Shown one piece after another: positions 49,581-59,233 of a stretch of 64,000 nt of DNA. Position 1 is the stretch's first letter. Each line of letters begins with the position of its first letter. Source of the stretch: Candidatus Poribacteria bacterium (GTDB lineage Bacteria; Poribacteria; WGA-4E; WGA-3G); contig CAXXUA010000005.1 in NCBI GenBank assembly GCA_963663765.2, positions 992,001 to 1,056,000 of the forward strand, given 5' to 3'. A program made the translations under genes and the position numbers. The notes beneath the pieces were generated by a model, which had not been told where the DNA came from, searched no databases, and worked only from the letters and a program-made list of their open reading frames with translations.

Positions 49581-49790
49581 ACGGTCGCGACCGGGAGGTC
49601 GCTCCTACCCACGCAGGGGACGGTCACGACCGGGAGGTCGCTCCTACCCGCGCAGGGGACGGTCGCGACCGGGAGGTCGCTCCTACCCACGCAGGGGACG
49701 GTCGCGACCGGGAGGTCGCTCCTACCCACGCAGGGGACGGTCGCGACCGGGAGGTCGCTTCCTACCCGCGCAGGGGACGGTCGCGACCAG
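49581..49790 (-). repeat. Tandem array of 5 full plus 1 partial 39-bp REP units
   Basis: ACGGTCGCGACCGGGAGGTCGCTCCTACCC(A/G)CGCAGGGG, the reverse complement of the REP carried by MITE A at about 5494. Confidence 0.9.
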
Positions 49791-49957
49791 CCTGTATGAA
49801 GATAAAAAATTAAATTCGGTAATTTAGGTTAGAAATCAGGGGCGGTTAGAAACCACACCTATCAGGGAGTGTAGACATATTTTTGGATTTCACTATAAAA
49901 TCTACAATAATTTGACATAAGATTGATGCAGGAAGGTGTATAATTTGCAGATGGAAT

Positions 49958-51373
49958 TCAACTGGATGGGTTATTGTGAGAGGGTTTAACAAACTCTATT
50001 AGTAATGCCAGGGTAACTCCGAAACATAACCCGATAATTCCTGACAACATTACTATCAGTCTAAATTGAGGTTTAACTGCGACTTTTCTTGGAACAGCAG
50101 TATCATCAATTGCTATTCCGCCTTTTTGTGTTGGGAGCATGTTGGAGTCTGCACTGAGGATTTCAGACTCAAGATACCTTTTTTCAATTTCTTCTTTGAG
50201 ACTCCCCGCAAGTTCAATTTTAGCGCGCAACTGCGTGATTGTATGTTGATTTCCTGGAATTTGATCAAGTAAAGTCTCCAATTGGTTTCTGGTTTTTTGC
50301 AGTTCTTGGTTCAGTCGTTTTGTTTCATTTTCAGAACTCTCAATGGTCGGTGGTAGTTCAATTAATTGATTTTGTATGTATGTGTAGTGTGCAGAAGTGC
50401 CGTAAGTTGCGACAGAAGTCAACTTCGGTGTTTCATTTGCTGCTTGTTGGATAAATTCAATTTGTGCATTGAGTCCACTAATTTCATGTGAACTTTTACC
50501 TGCCTTTTTCTCATCACCGATTCGTTGTGTTTCCAGTTCAAGTAACTTTTCGCGTTGACTCAACCATTGTGGATTATGGCTTTGCGTTTCCGATATTTGT
50601 GTTTGTTTCGGTAGAGTTTTTTGGTAGGAATTAAGATGTGTGAGTCTGCGTTTAGCGGTATCAAGTGTTTGTTCTGCTAAAGCGAGGCGCTCCTGCAGAT
50701 TGAGGTTTTGTTGCAATAAACTTGTTAATCTTGGGTACCAAGTCTCTGGACTTTCGTTTTCTTTAACGAATTTCAGTATTTCGTCTGTAAGTTTTTGTAT
50801 TTCTTGATCAACTTCCACCCGTTTCTGTTCCAAAAACTTCTGATGTCTTGCTACTCTTGTTTTCTCATTCTCACTACGCAAGGTTTGCATGTCTCGTGCA
50901 AGTTGGTTTACCAATAGTGCAGCATTTCGTTCCCCACCTTCTGCTTCAGTTAATTCAATTGACAATTCAATATAGTCTGATTCTGGACGTAATTGTGCTT
51001 TTAACTTCCGTTTGAGTAACCCTACGCTTGGAAGATGCTTTATCCCAGCGTGTTCTTTATCTTCAAGGTTTTCCACCGCTGCGTTAAGCATAGACTCTGT
51101 AGAAAATCTTTCACTAATCGTTGTCATTTCCCTTCGGTCAACACCGCCTGATAGGACTGTTTGGAACAGATTCGTGGAGGAGATAGGGGAGGTATTATTG
51201 GATTGGATGAATCGCAACAATGTTGATGCAGAATAAGTTTTAGGTATACGTAGTGAAATTACAAGTGCCGTCCCTAAAACCAACAACGTGCTCAAGCAAA
51301 TAACAAAGGTGTATTTGCGTATGAATTGTATATAGTCTCGTAACGGTTCCTCTTTTTGAGGCATGCATCTCAA
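49958..51373 (-). CDS. Wzz/GumC-like polysaccharide co-polymerase (no kinase domain)
   Basis: LRDYIQFIRK, TM helix, PKTYSAST, long coiled coil, IDDTAVP...VKPQ, C-terminal TM helix. Confidence 0.8.
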   Translation of the reverse strand: MRCMPQKEEPLRDYIQFIRKYTFVICLSTLLVLGTALVISLRIPKTYSASTLLRFIQSNNTSPISSTNLFQTVLSGGVDRREMTTISERFSTESMLNAAVENLEDKEHAGIKHLPSVGLLKRKLKAQLRPESDYIELSIELTEAEGGERNAALLVNQLARDMQTLRSENEKTRVARHQKFLEQKRVEVDQEIQKLTDEILKFVKENESPETWYPRLTSLLQQNLNLQERLALAEQTLDTAKRRLTHLNSYQKTLPKQTQISETQSHNPQWLSQREKLLELETQRIGDEKKAGKSSHEISGLNAQIEFIQQAANETPKLTSVATYGTSAHYTYIQNQLIELPPTIESSENETKRLNQELQKTRNQLETLLDQIPGNQHTITQLRAKIELAGSLKEEIEKRYLESEILSADSNMLPTQKGGIAIDDTAVPRKVAVKPQFRLIVMLSGIIGLCFGVTLALLIEFVKPSHNNPSS

Positions 51374-51428
51374 TTTTCGTCGAAGAATCGAGTGAAAATT
51401 GCTCTCCTTTCAGGTATTTTCTCATTGA

Positions 51429-51989
51429 CTATAGATTATTAGCAAGACGAATTTCTTCATCGTTGAATGCTTCATCATGCCATTCGGTGATACGCCATTC
51501 ACCTTCTCTTTTTTCAAAGATAAACATGTTGTCACCTTCTGCGAACCAACCGGTATATCCACCTTCAAGTGATTCACCGTCTGCGACGAAACCTTGAATT
51601 CGGTAGTGGTTTCGAACTTCAGCTCTTATGCCGTCTTCATAAATTTCAATCTCGGGTGGGACAGAAAGTTCTATTTCTAAATCCTGAAAACGGCTAAAAA
51701 CGCGTATTGCTGCATCCCGTTCATCGCGAATATCGTCAAACTCCAAGTCATCTGTTTTATCACCATCCGTTCCCATGTCGGAAATGTAGCGGAAACCTTC
51801 AGTCCAATAGGCACTCATATAGGTGTCTACGTCTTCAGTTTCATATCCTTCTCTCCAACGTTTTAACACACTGTTAATAGCCAATAAATCTTCGGGTGGG
51901 ACCTGATTAACCTTATCCACATCGCCGCAACCAATCAGACTTGCTATTAAGACAAGCACACAAATGATTTTTACTATTTCACTTAACAT
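51429..51989 (-). CDS. Lipoprotein with SnoaL/NTF2-like domain
   Basis: LIGC lipobox; WREGYETEDVDTYM; FEKREGEWRITEW. Confidence 0.7.
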   Translation of the reverse strand: MLSEIVKIICVLVLIASLIGCGDVDKVNQVPPEDLLAINSVLKRWREGYETEDVDTYMSAYWTEGFRYISDMGTDGDKTDDLEFDDIRDERDAAIRVFSRFQDLEIELSVPPEIEIYEDGIRAEVRNHYRIQGFVADGESLEGGYTGWFAEGDNMFIFEKREGEWRITEWHDEAFNDEEIRLANNL

Positions 51990-52007
51990 AATATTTTTCT
52001 CTCCAAA

Positions 52008-52559
52008 TTAAAATGTTTTAACGACACCTAAATAGAGGCGTGATGGGGTGATTCCAACTTGGAGTCCCAAATTTTCTATCTGTTCTGCATCCTCTTGAAT
52101 TGAACGAATTTGTGAGTTTGCATTATACAAGTTTGCACTCACATAAGAATCAATAATACTGTATGCCCAAAGTCCTAAACCCGTATAAATAAAGAACATC
52201 TTTAGTTTGTATTTCTGATTTGCATTTTCGTAGTTTTCTAACACAGCATCGGAGTCATCAGGTTGATAACTGGCAGCAAGAACGTAGTTGTTATATTCGT
52301 CTGCAAAAGCTTGATCTGCAAAATAAGCCCCAACTGCAGAACCACCAATACTGAGTAAAATCAAACTGCCGCGAAAGTAATTACGACTATGGAATTGTCC
52401 CCAACCGGGAAATACTGTTGCACGCACCATATTTCCAATAGGAGAAATTAACCTTATCGATTCTTCTGGGACAATTGGAGCGTTACTGCTCTCTACCGTT
52501 TCGGCATAACAGAGTTGTAGACTTGCAAATAAAATCAGTAGGGTCAATAAAATACGCAT
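52008..52559 (-). CDS. DUF5683-like membrane protein
   Basis: RATVFPGWGQFH, WAYSIIDSYVSA. Confidence 0.75.
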   Translation of the reverse strand: MRILLTLLILFASLQLCYAETVESSNAPIVPEESIRLISPIGNMVRATVFPGWGQFHSRNYFRGSLILLSIGGSAVGAYFADQAFADEYNNYVLAASYQPDDSDAVLENYENANQKYKLKMFFIYTGLGLWAYSIIDSYVSANLYNANSQIRSIQEDAEQIENLGLQVGITPSRLYLGVVKTF

Positions 52560-52676
52560 TTACACCGCTAATATAGTCTTATATTATGATGAGTACATCT
52601 ATGTTATTGTTGACAATGCCCCGCGAACAATACACGAGGCATTGTATATTTCTGCTAACGCATTGATGCGAAAGTT

Positions 52677-54284
52677 CTATCTTCTATTCTTGATCCGTTG
52701 TGTTGTCCGACTGCGATTGTCGTCGTCGTCATCGTCGTTATCACTGCTGCTGGAACTCGATTTCGTTGATGTACGGGACGTTGTCGTTGGACGAGTCCGT
52801 GAACTACTTGACGTAGAACGACTCACACTCTGCGTTTGAGTCCGCGTCGGAGTAGATCTTGATGATGAAACGGACGAACTTCGCGGCTGTGTTCGAACAG
52901 TCCTACTACTACGTAAAGTAGAGTTTGAGCTGCTTCTGCTGCTATATCGTGAACTGGACGAAGAACTTGGCCGATTTGAATAGGAAGAAACTGATCGTCT
53001 ATATATCTGAGAATTTCTTTCCGTTACAGAAGTAGGACTCCTTCTATCTGCATTCACATTAGCACGTGAATTTAAGAGAGGTCGTCGTTGACTATCGGAT
53101 GTTTTTGTTGCGAATCGTGAACGACTATTATATGTTCTGAGTGCATCGTCCTGTCGCGTGGTTGTTCTTGCAAGAGCAGTTCGTTGTTTCTGAGTAATTA
53201 TATCAGAACGCGTAACACGTTCTGTTGGTGGTGGTGCTTGCGCTCGGTGGTTTTCAATAATCACCCGGACATTATTCTGAACTTGAGTCCGTTCTGCTGT
53301 CCGAGTAGGTACGGCTAACCGACTCCGAGAATACTGTTTTCGTATTGAATCGTGTTGTGCGCTCCACCGATTTAGCTGCGTACGTTTATGGTATACGGGT
53401 GTACCTCTACTGTAAACACCATAGTAAGGTGTGTGGTAATACGAATACCGAGTTGGGTGATAAGTACGGTAACGACCTAAGTAACCCCCGTAGTATGTCC
53501 GTATTGAGAGATAACGATGATCGTAGACCGGATAACTCCAACACAGATAGGAATTATATCCTGAGGAGTAAAATATCGGACCATCGTAAAAGTAGAGATA
53601 GGTGTATCGGTTCCAGTGCCGCCAGCGGTAGGAAGGCGTATAGTGCTGAACGACACGCACGTTGGGTGCTCTGCGGTAAGTGGTAACCTCAATGTATTCT
53701 ACATCAAGCTGTTCACCGCCTTCAGCAACGACATGAAGTTCCATCCATCCATTGTCAACATGGCCGGCAGCTGGAATTTTGATAGTTTCAGATCGATTTT
53801 TGGCACGGAGTACAAAGGTGTCGCCATATCGTGTTTCAGATGCGTTTTGGTCATTGTATCCGCGTCTTGTCGCTTCTCGTCTGATGTTCCGAATCCAAAC
53901 ACGTCCAGCGATCGGTTCATAATCGTCGTTTATGTCAAATTTATTCGGTTCACCTCTATAACGCACAAGTATCTCTATTGACTGTGCACTACGTGGAATT
54001 TCAAAGAGGTATACGCCGCTGGCGATTGCAAATTCGTAGTTGTCAACATCTTGCTTGGCAGTTGCCCAAGCAGTTAGCCGCATACCTTCATCAAAAATAG
54101 GACTTGCGGTGATCGTCGCGTTGCCACGTTCAATCCATTCATCTACATCACTCGCGACCCGATGTTCACGGCTTAGTCGGTCCGCGTAATACCCGTAATC
54201 GGCTTGACTCACTGCTGCAATCGTTCCGATGAACAAGCAGCTGAGCAGCCCTGCGATTGCCATAGTTAAAATTCGATTTCTCAT
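52677..54284 (-). CDS. Secreted hypothetical protein with Tyr-rich and Ser/Arg-rich C-terminal regions
   Basis: Signal peptide, AGGAGG RBS, low-complexity tail. Confidence 0.75.
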   Translation of the reverse strand: MRNRILTMAIAGLLSCLFIGTIAAVSQADYGYYADRLSREHRVASDVDEWIERGNATITASPIFDEGMRLTAWATAKQDVDNYEFAIASGVYLFEIPRSAQSIEILVRYRGEPNKFDINDDYEPIAGRVWIRNIRREATRRGYNDQNASETRYGDTFVLRAKNRSETIKIPAAGHVDNGWMELHVVAEGGEQLDVEYIEVTTYRRAPNVRVVQHYTPSYRWRHWNRYTYLYFYDGPIFYSSGYNSYLCWSYPVYDHRYLSIRTYYGGYLGRYRTYHPTRYSYYHTPYYGVYSRGTPVYHKRTQLNRWSAQHDSIRKQYSRSRLAVPTRTAERTQVQNNVRVIIENHRAQAPPPTERVTRSDIITQKQRTALARTTTRQDDALRTYNSRSRFATKTSDSQRRPLLNSRANVNADRRSPTSVTERNSQIYRRSVSSYSNRPSSSSSSRYSSRSSSNSTLRSSRTVRTQPRSSSVSSSRSTPTRTQTQSVSRSTSSSSRTRPTTTSRTSTKSSSSSSDNDDDDDDNRSRTTQRIKNRR

Positions 54285-54542
54285 GAGAATCCTCCTAATA
54301 GTGATCTTAAACCAGCAGGGATAGCCGTTGGTTGGTAAGATTTAGGTAGTATCTTATAATTTATCTTTTCTCTTCGTATCAAAGTATATACTGTTAGTTC
54401 AGATCCTTTGTATTGAGTTGTTTCTGTCTTCTCAATTGCATCAATACATATAATTCCTTAACATTCATAGACAGTGTATTGACAGTGTATCATATCTTGT
54501 CATAAATGTCAAACAACAAAAATTGAGTTCTTATAGGTGTTC

Positions 54543-55304
54543 CTATAGACCCGAATTATATTTCTTTGATTTAGACATCAACTTGATACCCCGTTTTTGT
54601 GCATGATCTCGCGCGAGGGGTGTGATAATAGCAGCTTTGGAATAAACTAACTCTTGGACATTATCTGCCAGATTTGCAATCACAGTCGCACTAATAATGG
54701 GTAAATCTACGTTTACATGCGTTAGTGAATCACCTTCAAGAATAGATGCTGCAATCTGATCAACTGTTATCCAATTAACGCCAAATTCTGTCAACACGTT
54801 TACATGATCAGGTTCAATTCGGTCAAGAGAATGTATTGTTTTTTCTTCGTTCTTCCTTTTGGTTGAAATATCCGCTGCTGCTAAAACACGTTTTCCACAA
54901 CAAAGTGCATGGTAAATCAGATAGGTACATGACGTATCAACTAACTTCATCGCAAGCTTCCCTGCCATTGGGTAAGAAAGCGCAGGTAATACAATTTGTG
55001 AATAATTCTCAACAATAGTTGGTATATCAGTTATACTATTTTCCTGTAGGATATTCTCTTCACTAAACGTTGAGTAAATCAAATCGAGATTTAAAACTTT
55101 AGTTGCAAGTTCAGATAGAATAATTCGAAAATTCCATCCTTCCTGCATACATATTTGAAATTGTTGTAATATAGGATCTAACGGATGTTGCGTTGTGCCT
55201 AAAACCGCAAGCAGCTGCTTTTCGCTTTTTTGTGTGCTACTGGTATGTTCCCATAGTACTCTCTCAACAATTTTTTCTATTTGAGCAATCTGTTCTGGTG
55301 TCAT
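54543..55304 (-). CDS. BMC-associated flavoprotein-like protein with encapsulation peptide
   Basis: N-terminal PEQIAQIEKIVERVL amphipathic helix; flavoprotein-like core (IILSELA, MAGKLA, GKRVLAA); C-terminal IITPLARDHAQKRGI. Confidence 0.7.
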   Translation of the reverse strand: MTPEQIAQIEKIVERVLWEHTSSTQKSEKQLLAVLGTTQHPLDPILQQFQICMQEGWNFRIILSELATKVLNLDLIYSTFSEENILQENSITDIPTIVENYSQIVLPALSYPMAGKLAMKLVDTSCTYLIYHALCCGKRVLAAADISTKRKNEEKTIHSLDRIEPDHVNVLTEFGVNWITVDQIAASILEGDSLTHVNVDLPIISATVIANLADNVQELVYSKAAIITPLARDHAQKRGIKLMSKSKKYNSGL

Positions 55305-56014
55305 GTGTCGTTGCGAAGCAGTTCAACCGCTTCACCACCTTTCAAACCAGCGGCATTGGAATCATCAGTATCCAGGTGCATCTGAAGTGCATAAGATGCG
55401 TGTATTTTCGGACGGATGTTCTCTAAAGTTAATGCACGTTCACCTGGAAAACGGATTTTAAGTCGGTCTGCTTCATTGACACCGAAAGCATCAGCTTGTT
55501 CAGGTGTCATGTGTATATGTCGGGATGCACAGATTGCACCTTCTTCTAAATAGACACTGCCAACAGTACCGACAAGTGTTATGGGTTCAGCTCCGTCAAG
55601 GTCGCCAGAATCCCGTATGGGTGGATTGAGTCCGAGTCGGATTGCTTCTGTCTGTGCCACCTCAACTTGGGAATAATCCCTAACAGGACCGAGGATCCGC
55701 ACGTGTTCGATCGCACGCATGCGTTTGCCGACAATAGTGACTGTTTCATTCGCAGCAAACGCTCCTGGCTGATATAGTGGTGCGTAGACAGTGAGTTGAT
55801 GTCCAGGACCATAAAGGATTTCAAGGTCTTCCTGCGTTACGTGTGCATGTCGAGCTGAAACGCCAACCGGTATTTTTTGTTGTGCTAAAGCCACGTCACA
55901 TGCGCGGTTGCCTGCATCACATGTACGTAATGCGCAGCCACTGCAAGATTGATCATTCGACAACCGACTTACAACACGACGGGTAATTAACTGTACTAAA
56001 TCTTGGTCATGCAT
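55301..56014 (-). CDS. pduL: Phosphate propanoyl/acetyltransferase PduL
   Basis: VGVSARHAH, LYQPGAFA, VRILGPVR, RDSGDL, RHIHM, MHLDTDDSNAA. Confidence 0.95.
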   Translation of the reverse strand: MHDQDLVQLITRRVVSRLSNDQSCSGCALRTCDAGNRACDVALAQQKIPVGVSARHAHVTQEDLEILYGPGHQLTVYAPLYQPGAFAANETVTIVGKRMRAIEHVRILGPVRDYSQVEVAQTEAIRLGLNPPIRDSGDLDGAEPITLVGTVGSVYLEEGAICASRHIHMTPEQADAFGVNEADRLKIRFPGERALTLENIRPKIHASYALQMHLDTDDSNAAGLKGGEAVELLRNDT

Positions 56015-56066
56015 ATTGGGAAATCTTTCTATTTATATTCAATTTTCCAGAAGGTAATTTGTAAAT

Positions 56067-56342
56067 TTATCCACTTGGTAGGATAGATTCCACTTCAGCG
56101 TGGGGTCTTGGGATCACGTGTACTGAAACAACTTCTCCAACACGTGCAGCTGCTTCTGCACCGACATCGGTTGCAGCTTTCACAGCACCAACATCTCCAC
56201 GTACCATCACTGTCACATAACCCGCACCGATCTGTTGGTATCCGATAAGACGGACATTTGCAGCCTTTACCATCGCATCTGCTGCCTCTATACTGCCAAC
56301 TAATCCTCTTGTTTCAACTAAACCTAATGCTTCTCCACTCAT
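56067..56342 (-). CDS. BMC hexameric shell protein (EutM/PduA-like)
   Basis: [37 protein letters not shown]. Confidence 0.97.
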   Translation of the reverse strand: MSGEALGLVETRGLVGSIEAADAMVKAANVRLIGYQQIGAGYVTVMVRGDVGAVKAATDVGAEAAARVGEVVSVHVIPRPHAEVESILPSG

Positions 56343-56389
56343 ATTGTTTCATGTCTCCTATTTTTGTAAATCTGGATTTTTGAGTCTGT

Positions 56390-57292
56390 CTATAGTATAG
56401 CGGAAAAATTGAAATTCTTCAATATAATTTCACCGAAAAGTCTATAAATCGTCTCTATATCATCTCTTACCTGTTCATCGTTTTTATTTTTCTCTTGGGC
56501 AGCAGCACGCCAAAGGAAAATCGGTATCAGTTGATGTTGATCATTCTTCCAATTCTCTATAGTATCCGTCAGCAGATTAAGTGCCTGTGAATAATCGGAT
56601 TCTTCTGATTCATGATTATTTAATGCCCCATGAACATCTCCACGGCTAAGATAGGCAAGAGCGTACTGCGGTTGCAGTTCGATTGATTTGTCAAAGTCTG
56701 CTAAAGCAAGTTTCAGTTCGGTATCATTTTCCTTTGATAACAGATACTTTTCGTAAAACGCACTGCCTCGGTTATAATAAGCGATTGCACTTGGTCGGTG
56801 TTTTACGATATAGTCATAATCTTCAAGTGCTTTGTTGATTTTGCCTGTTTCAAGATAGACTTCAGCGCGTTTTGACAAAACAAGGGCATTCTTTCTTTGC
56901 TTTAGGGATGCAGTGTAATCAGCAATCGCATTGGAGAAATCGTTTAAGGCAAGGTAAGCATCAGCACGACTTACATAAGCATCGGCAATATATAGCTTGA
57001 GTGACAGGGTGTGGGTATAGTCATCAATTGCCGCTTTGTAATCGGCTAAATAGTAGTATGCTATTCCGCGTTTGATGTATGCTTCAGCATATTTCGGTTC
57101 AATTTCAATTGCTTGTGTGAAAGAGGTAATTGCTTTGTGGTTTTTTCCATCTCTGAGTAGTTTTGTTCCTAAAGAAAGATGTTTATGTGCGGTTTTGTCA
57201 ACCCCTTTTAGTTTTTCCCAGGTAACGAAGCGCGAAGCAAGAATAAATGTCAGAATAAGAATAGGGGTCATAATGTAAATTAACGCACGCAT
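56390..57292 (-). CDS. Membrane-anchored TPR protein
   Basis: N-terminal hydrophobic helix; AEAYIKRG, AYYNRG TPR units. Confidence 0.85.
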   Translation of the reverse strand: MRALIYIMTPILILTFILASRFVTWEKLKGVDKTAHKHLSLGTKLLRDGKNHKAITSFTQAIEIEPKYAEAYIKRGIAYYYLADYKAAIDDYTHTLSLKLYIADAYVSRADAYLALNDFSNAIADYTASLKQRKNALVLSKRAEVYLETGKINKALEDYDYIVKHRPSAIAYYNRGSAFYEKYLLSKENDTELKLALADFDKSIELQPQYALAYLSRGDVHGALNNHESEESDYSQALNLLTDTIENWKNDQHQLIPIFLWRAAAQEKNKNDEQVRDDIETIYRLFGEIILKNFNFSAIL

Positions 57293-57304
57293 ATTACAAT
57301 ACTC

Positions 57305-58288
57305 TTATTCTTTTGCTGGATATAGGGGATGAATGTTGACACCATATTTCAGTTCATCAACAGACGTATATGTCTTAGATAAATCTATTTCAAGATAGGT
57401 CTGTCCACCTTCAATTCCACCGTAACCTGTAGAGAAGATGAGTTGTTTGCCACTGAGTCTTGCAACACCGTCTCTGATATATTTATTTGGAAAATAACTA
57501 ATGGGAGTATGTCCGACGATTAGGAAATTCGCTTGAATTTTTTTGAGAAAATTTTCGGTGTGTTTTGGTGTATATCCGCCAGTAGACACGATCTCAGGTC
57601 TGTCCCACAATATCTCGTCAAATATTTTGGGACTGGGTTTAATCAGGTCCGCTAAATTCCGAATCGATCGGGAGGGCCCCGCATGAACAGCAACAAATCC
57701 ATTTTTACCAATAACAACGGTTGGTAAATTGGTAAGAAACTCAAAATGTTCATCGGTCATGCGTTCAATGAAATTGAACTGTTTATAGTAACTTGCGTTT
57801 ATGCTGGTGTAAAGTTTCCGTATAAAAGCTGGACGATTTTCATCTGTCATTCCGTTAGTTTTCATCAGAGCGAATGTATCTGCTGCGGCATATTCATGGT
57901 TACCTCTGATATAGATGAGTCTCTTACCTTGATCACCAAGCTGCCGTTGTATCTCAATCACGCGATTAACAATTTGGACATCGCCAAAAGGTCGTTTTGG
58001 TTGTTCATCAGGCTTATAGTCAATGGCATCACCAAGCATGATACCGTAAACATCCTCTCCCGCTTCAATCTTTTGAACAAGCTGTGTCTGTTCTAACCAC
58101 TGATTAAAATCTTTCCAGTGTGCATGCAGGTCGGCAACAATGTAGACTGTTCCTTGTTCGGGTAGGACGATGACATGTTCATCACGCGTATATTCGTTAG
58201 GATACTGCGATATGTGTTTCGTCTGTGCCGTTGCACTTAACGTGAAACAGACAAGAAATACTATGATGTAAAGAAAATAATTATTCAT
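57305..58288 (-). CDS. Secreted metallophosphoesterase (calcineurin-like)
   Basis: DLH, GDAID, RGNHE, VHAG, LWD, GHT motifs. Confidence 0.88.
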   Translation of the reverse strand: MNNYFLYIIVFLVCFTLSATAQTKHISQYPNEYTRDEHVIVLPEQGTVYIVADLHAHWKDFNQWLEQTQLVQKIEAGEDVYGIMLGDAIDYKPDEQPKRPFGDVQIVNRVIEIQRQLGDQGKRLIYIRGNHEYAAADTFALMKTNGMTDENRPAFIRKLYTSINASYYKQFNFIERMTDEHFEFLTNLPTVVIGKNGFVAVHAGPSRSIRNLADLIKPSPKIFDEILWDRPEIVSTGGYTPKHTENFLKKIQANFLIVGHTPISYFPNKYIRDGVARLSGKQLIFSTGYGGIEGGQTYLEIDLSKTYTSVDELKYGVNIHPLYPAKE

Positions 58289-58294
58289 ATATTT

Positions 58295-59218
58295 TTATTC
58301 TATGAAGAATGCATCCACAACTTCTTCCTGTTGTCTAAGTCTTTTGAGATGTCTTCTTCTACGACTCCGAGTAATGATATAACACAATAATAATAAACCA
58401 CTGATACCACCCCAAAACACATACGTATTGGACAAGAATGTTGCCCAATGATACCGTTCTGGCAGAGACGCCTGCCAAAGTCTGTCAAATGTCGTTAGAT
58501 CATAACCAAGAACGGCTTCAAATGCGGCGTTAAGATTTACACCTGTATGGAGCCGGTCTATGATTGCCCATAAAGCCTCGTTCCCGTTAACATCTACGAA
58601 CCAACGGAGTGCGTCTTGACTTTGCGCATACGCTAAATCAGCTCCTAACTGAGAAACAGGGAATTTATCTGATAGTGCATGTAACGGATAAATGGATTTA
58701 GTAAAGACCTTTTTTAATAAAGTTTTGTGCCGACCCGGCACCCATTCCTTTGAAAAGTGTATGGCGATCCCCTCCACAAACCATAATGGAATACCTTTGA
58801 CCGCTTTTCGTGTATATTGTCCAAACAAGACATGCGCGATTTCGTGCCGAAGCACTTGTGCTAATTGGAGTTTGGCAGTTGCGATTTGTGACGGATTTTG
58901 GATAATAATACGCCGACTCAACGGGAACGCACATCCAACCGCCCAATCCTGTATCGGTGCATGCACATAAGCCTGGAAAGCTTCCTGTGTATCACACACC
59001 CAAATTTTTATTGTCGCACTCGGTATGTTATCTGTTATTCTCGAAAACTCCCCATAAAACTCCTCTGCAATTCGGAGGATTGACTCAGGATCCACCGTAT
59101 TTTCTTTATAGTAGACACGGAAATGTTGACTTTCCGATGACTCCCAAGAGGCAAACACTGGATATACTTGAAGAAATAACAAAATGTAAATGAAACTTTT
59201 CATAACCTGCCCATACAT
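58295..59218 (-). CDS. Peptidase MA-like zinc metalloprotease with C-terminal TM anchor
   Basis: LRHEIAH...PLWFVEGIA, LAYAQS. Confidence 0.85.
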   Translation of the reverse strand: MYGQVMKSFIYILLFLQVYPVFASWESSESQHFRVYYKENTVDPESILRIAEEFYGEFSRITDNIPSATIKIWVCDTQEAFQAYVHAPIQDWAVGCAFPLSRRIIIQNPSQIATAKLQLAQVLRHEIAHVLFGQYTRKAVKGIPLWFVEGIAIHFSKEWVPGRHKTLLKKVFTKSIYPLHALSDKFPVSQLGADLAYAQSQDALRWFVDVNGNEALWAIIDRLHTGVNLNAAFEAVLGYDLTTFDRLWQASLPERYHWATFLSNTYVFWGGISGLLLLCYIITRSRRRRHLKRLRQQEEVVDAFFIE

Positions 59219-59233
59219 TGGCAGTTATTGAAC

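Noticed and set aside
48806-49790. CRISPR array
   Set aside because: The units are head-to-tail with only two alternative 7-nt linkers and no unique spacers, there are no cas genes, and the units match dispersed REPs.
48735-49827. Repetitive ORFs in several frames (up to 221 aa)
   Set aside because: They are by-products of stop-poor tandem repeats, with no RBS and open frames on both strands.
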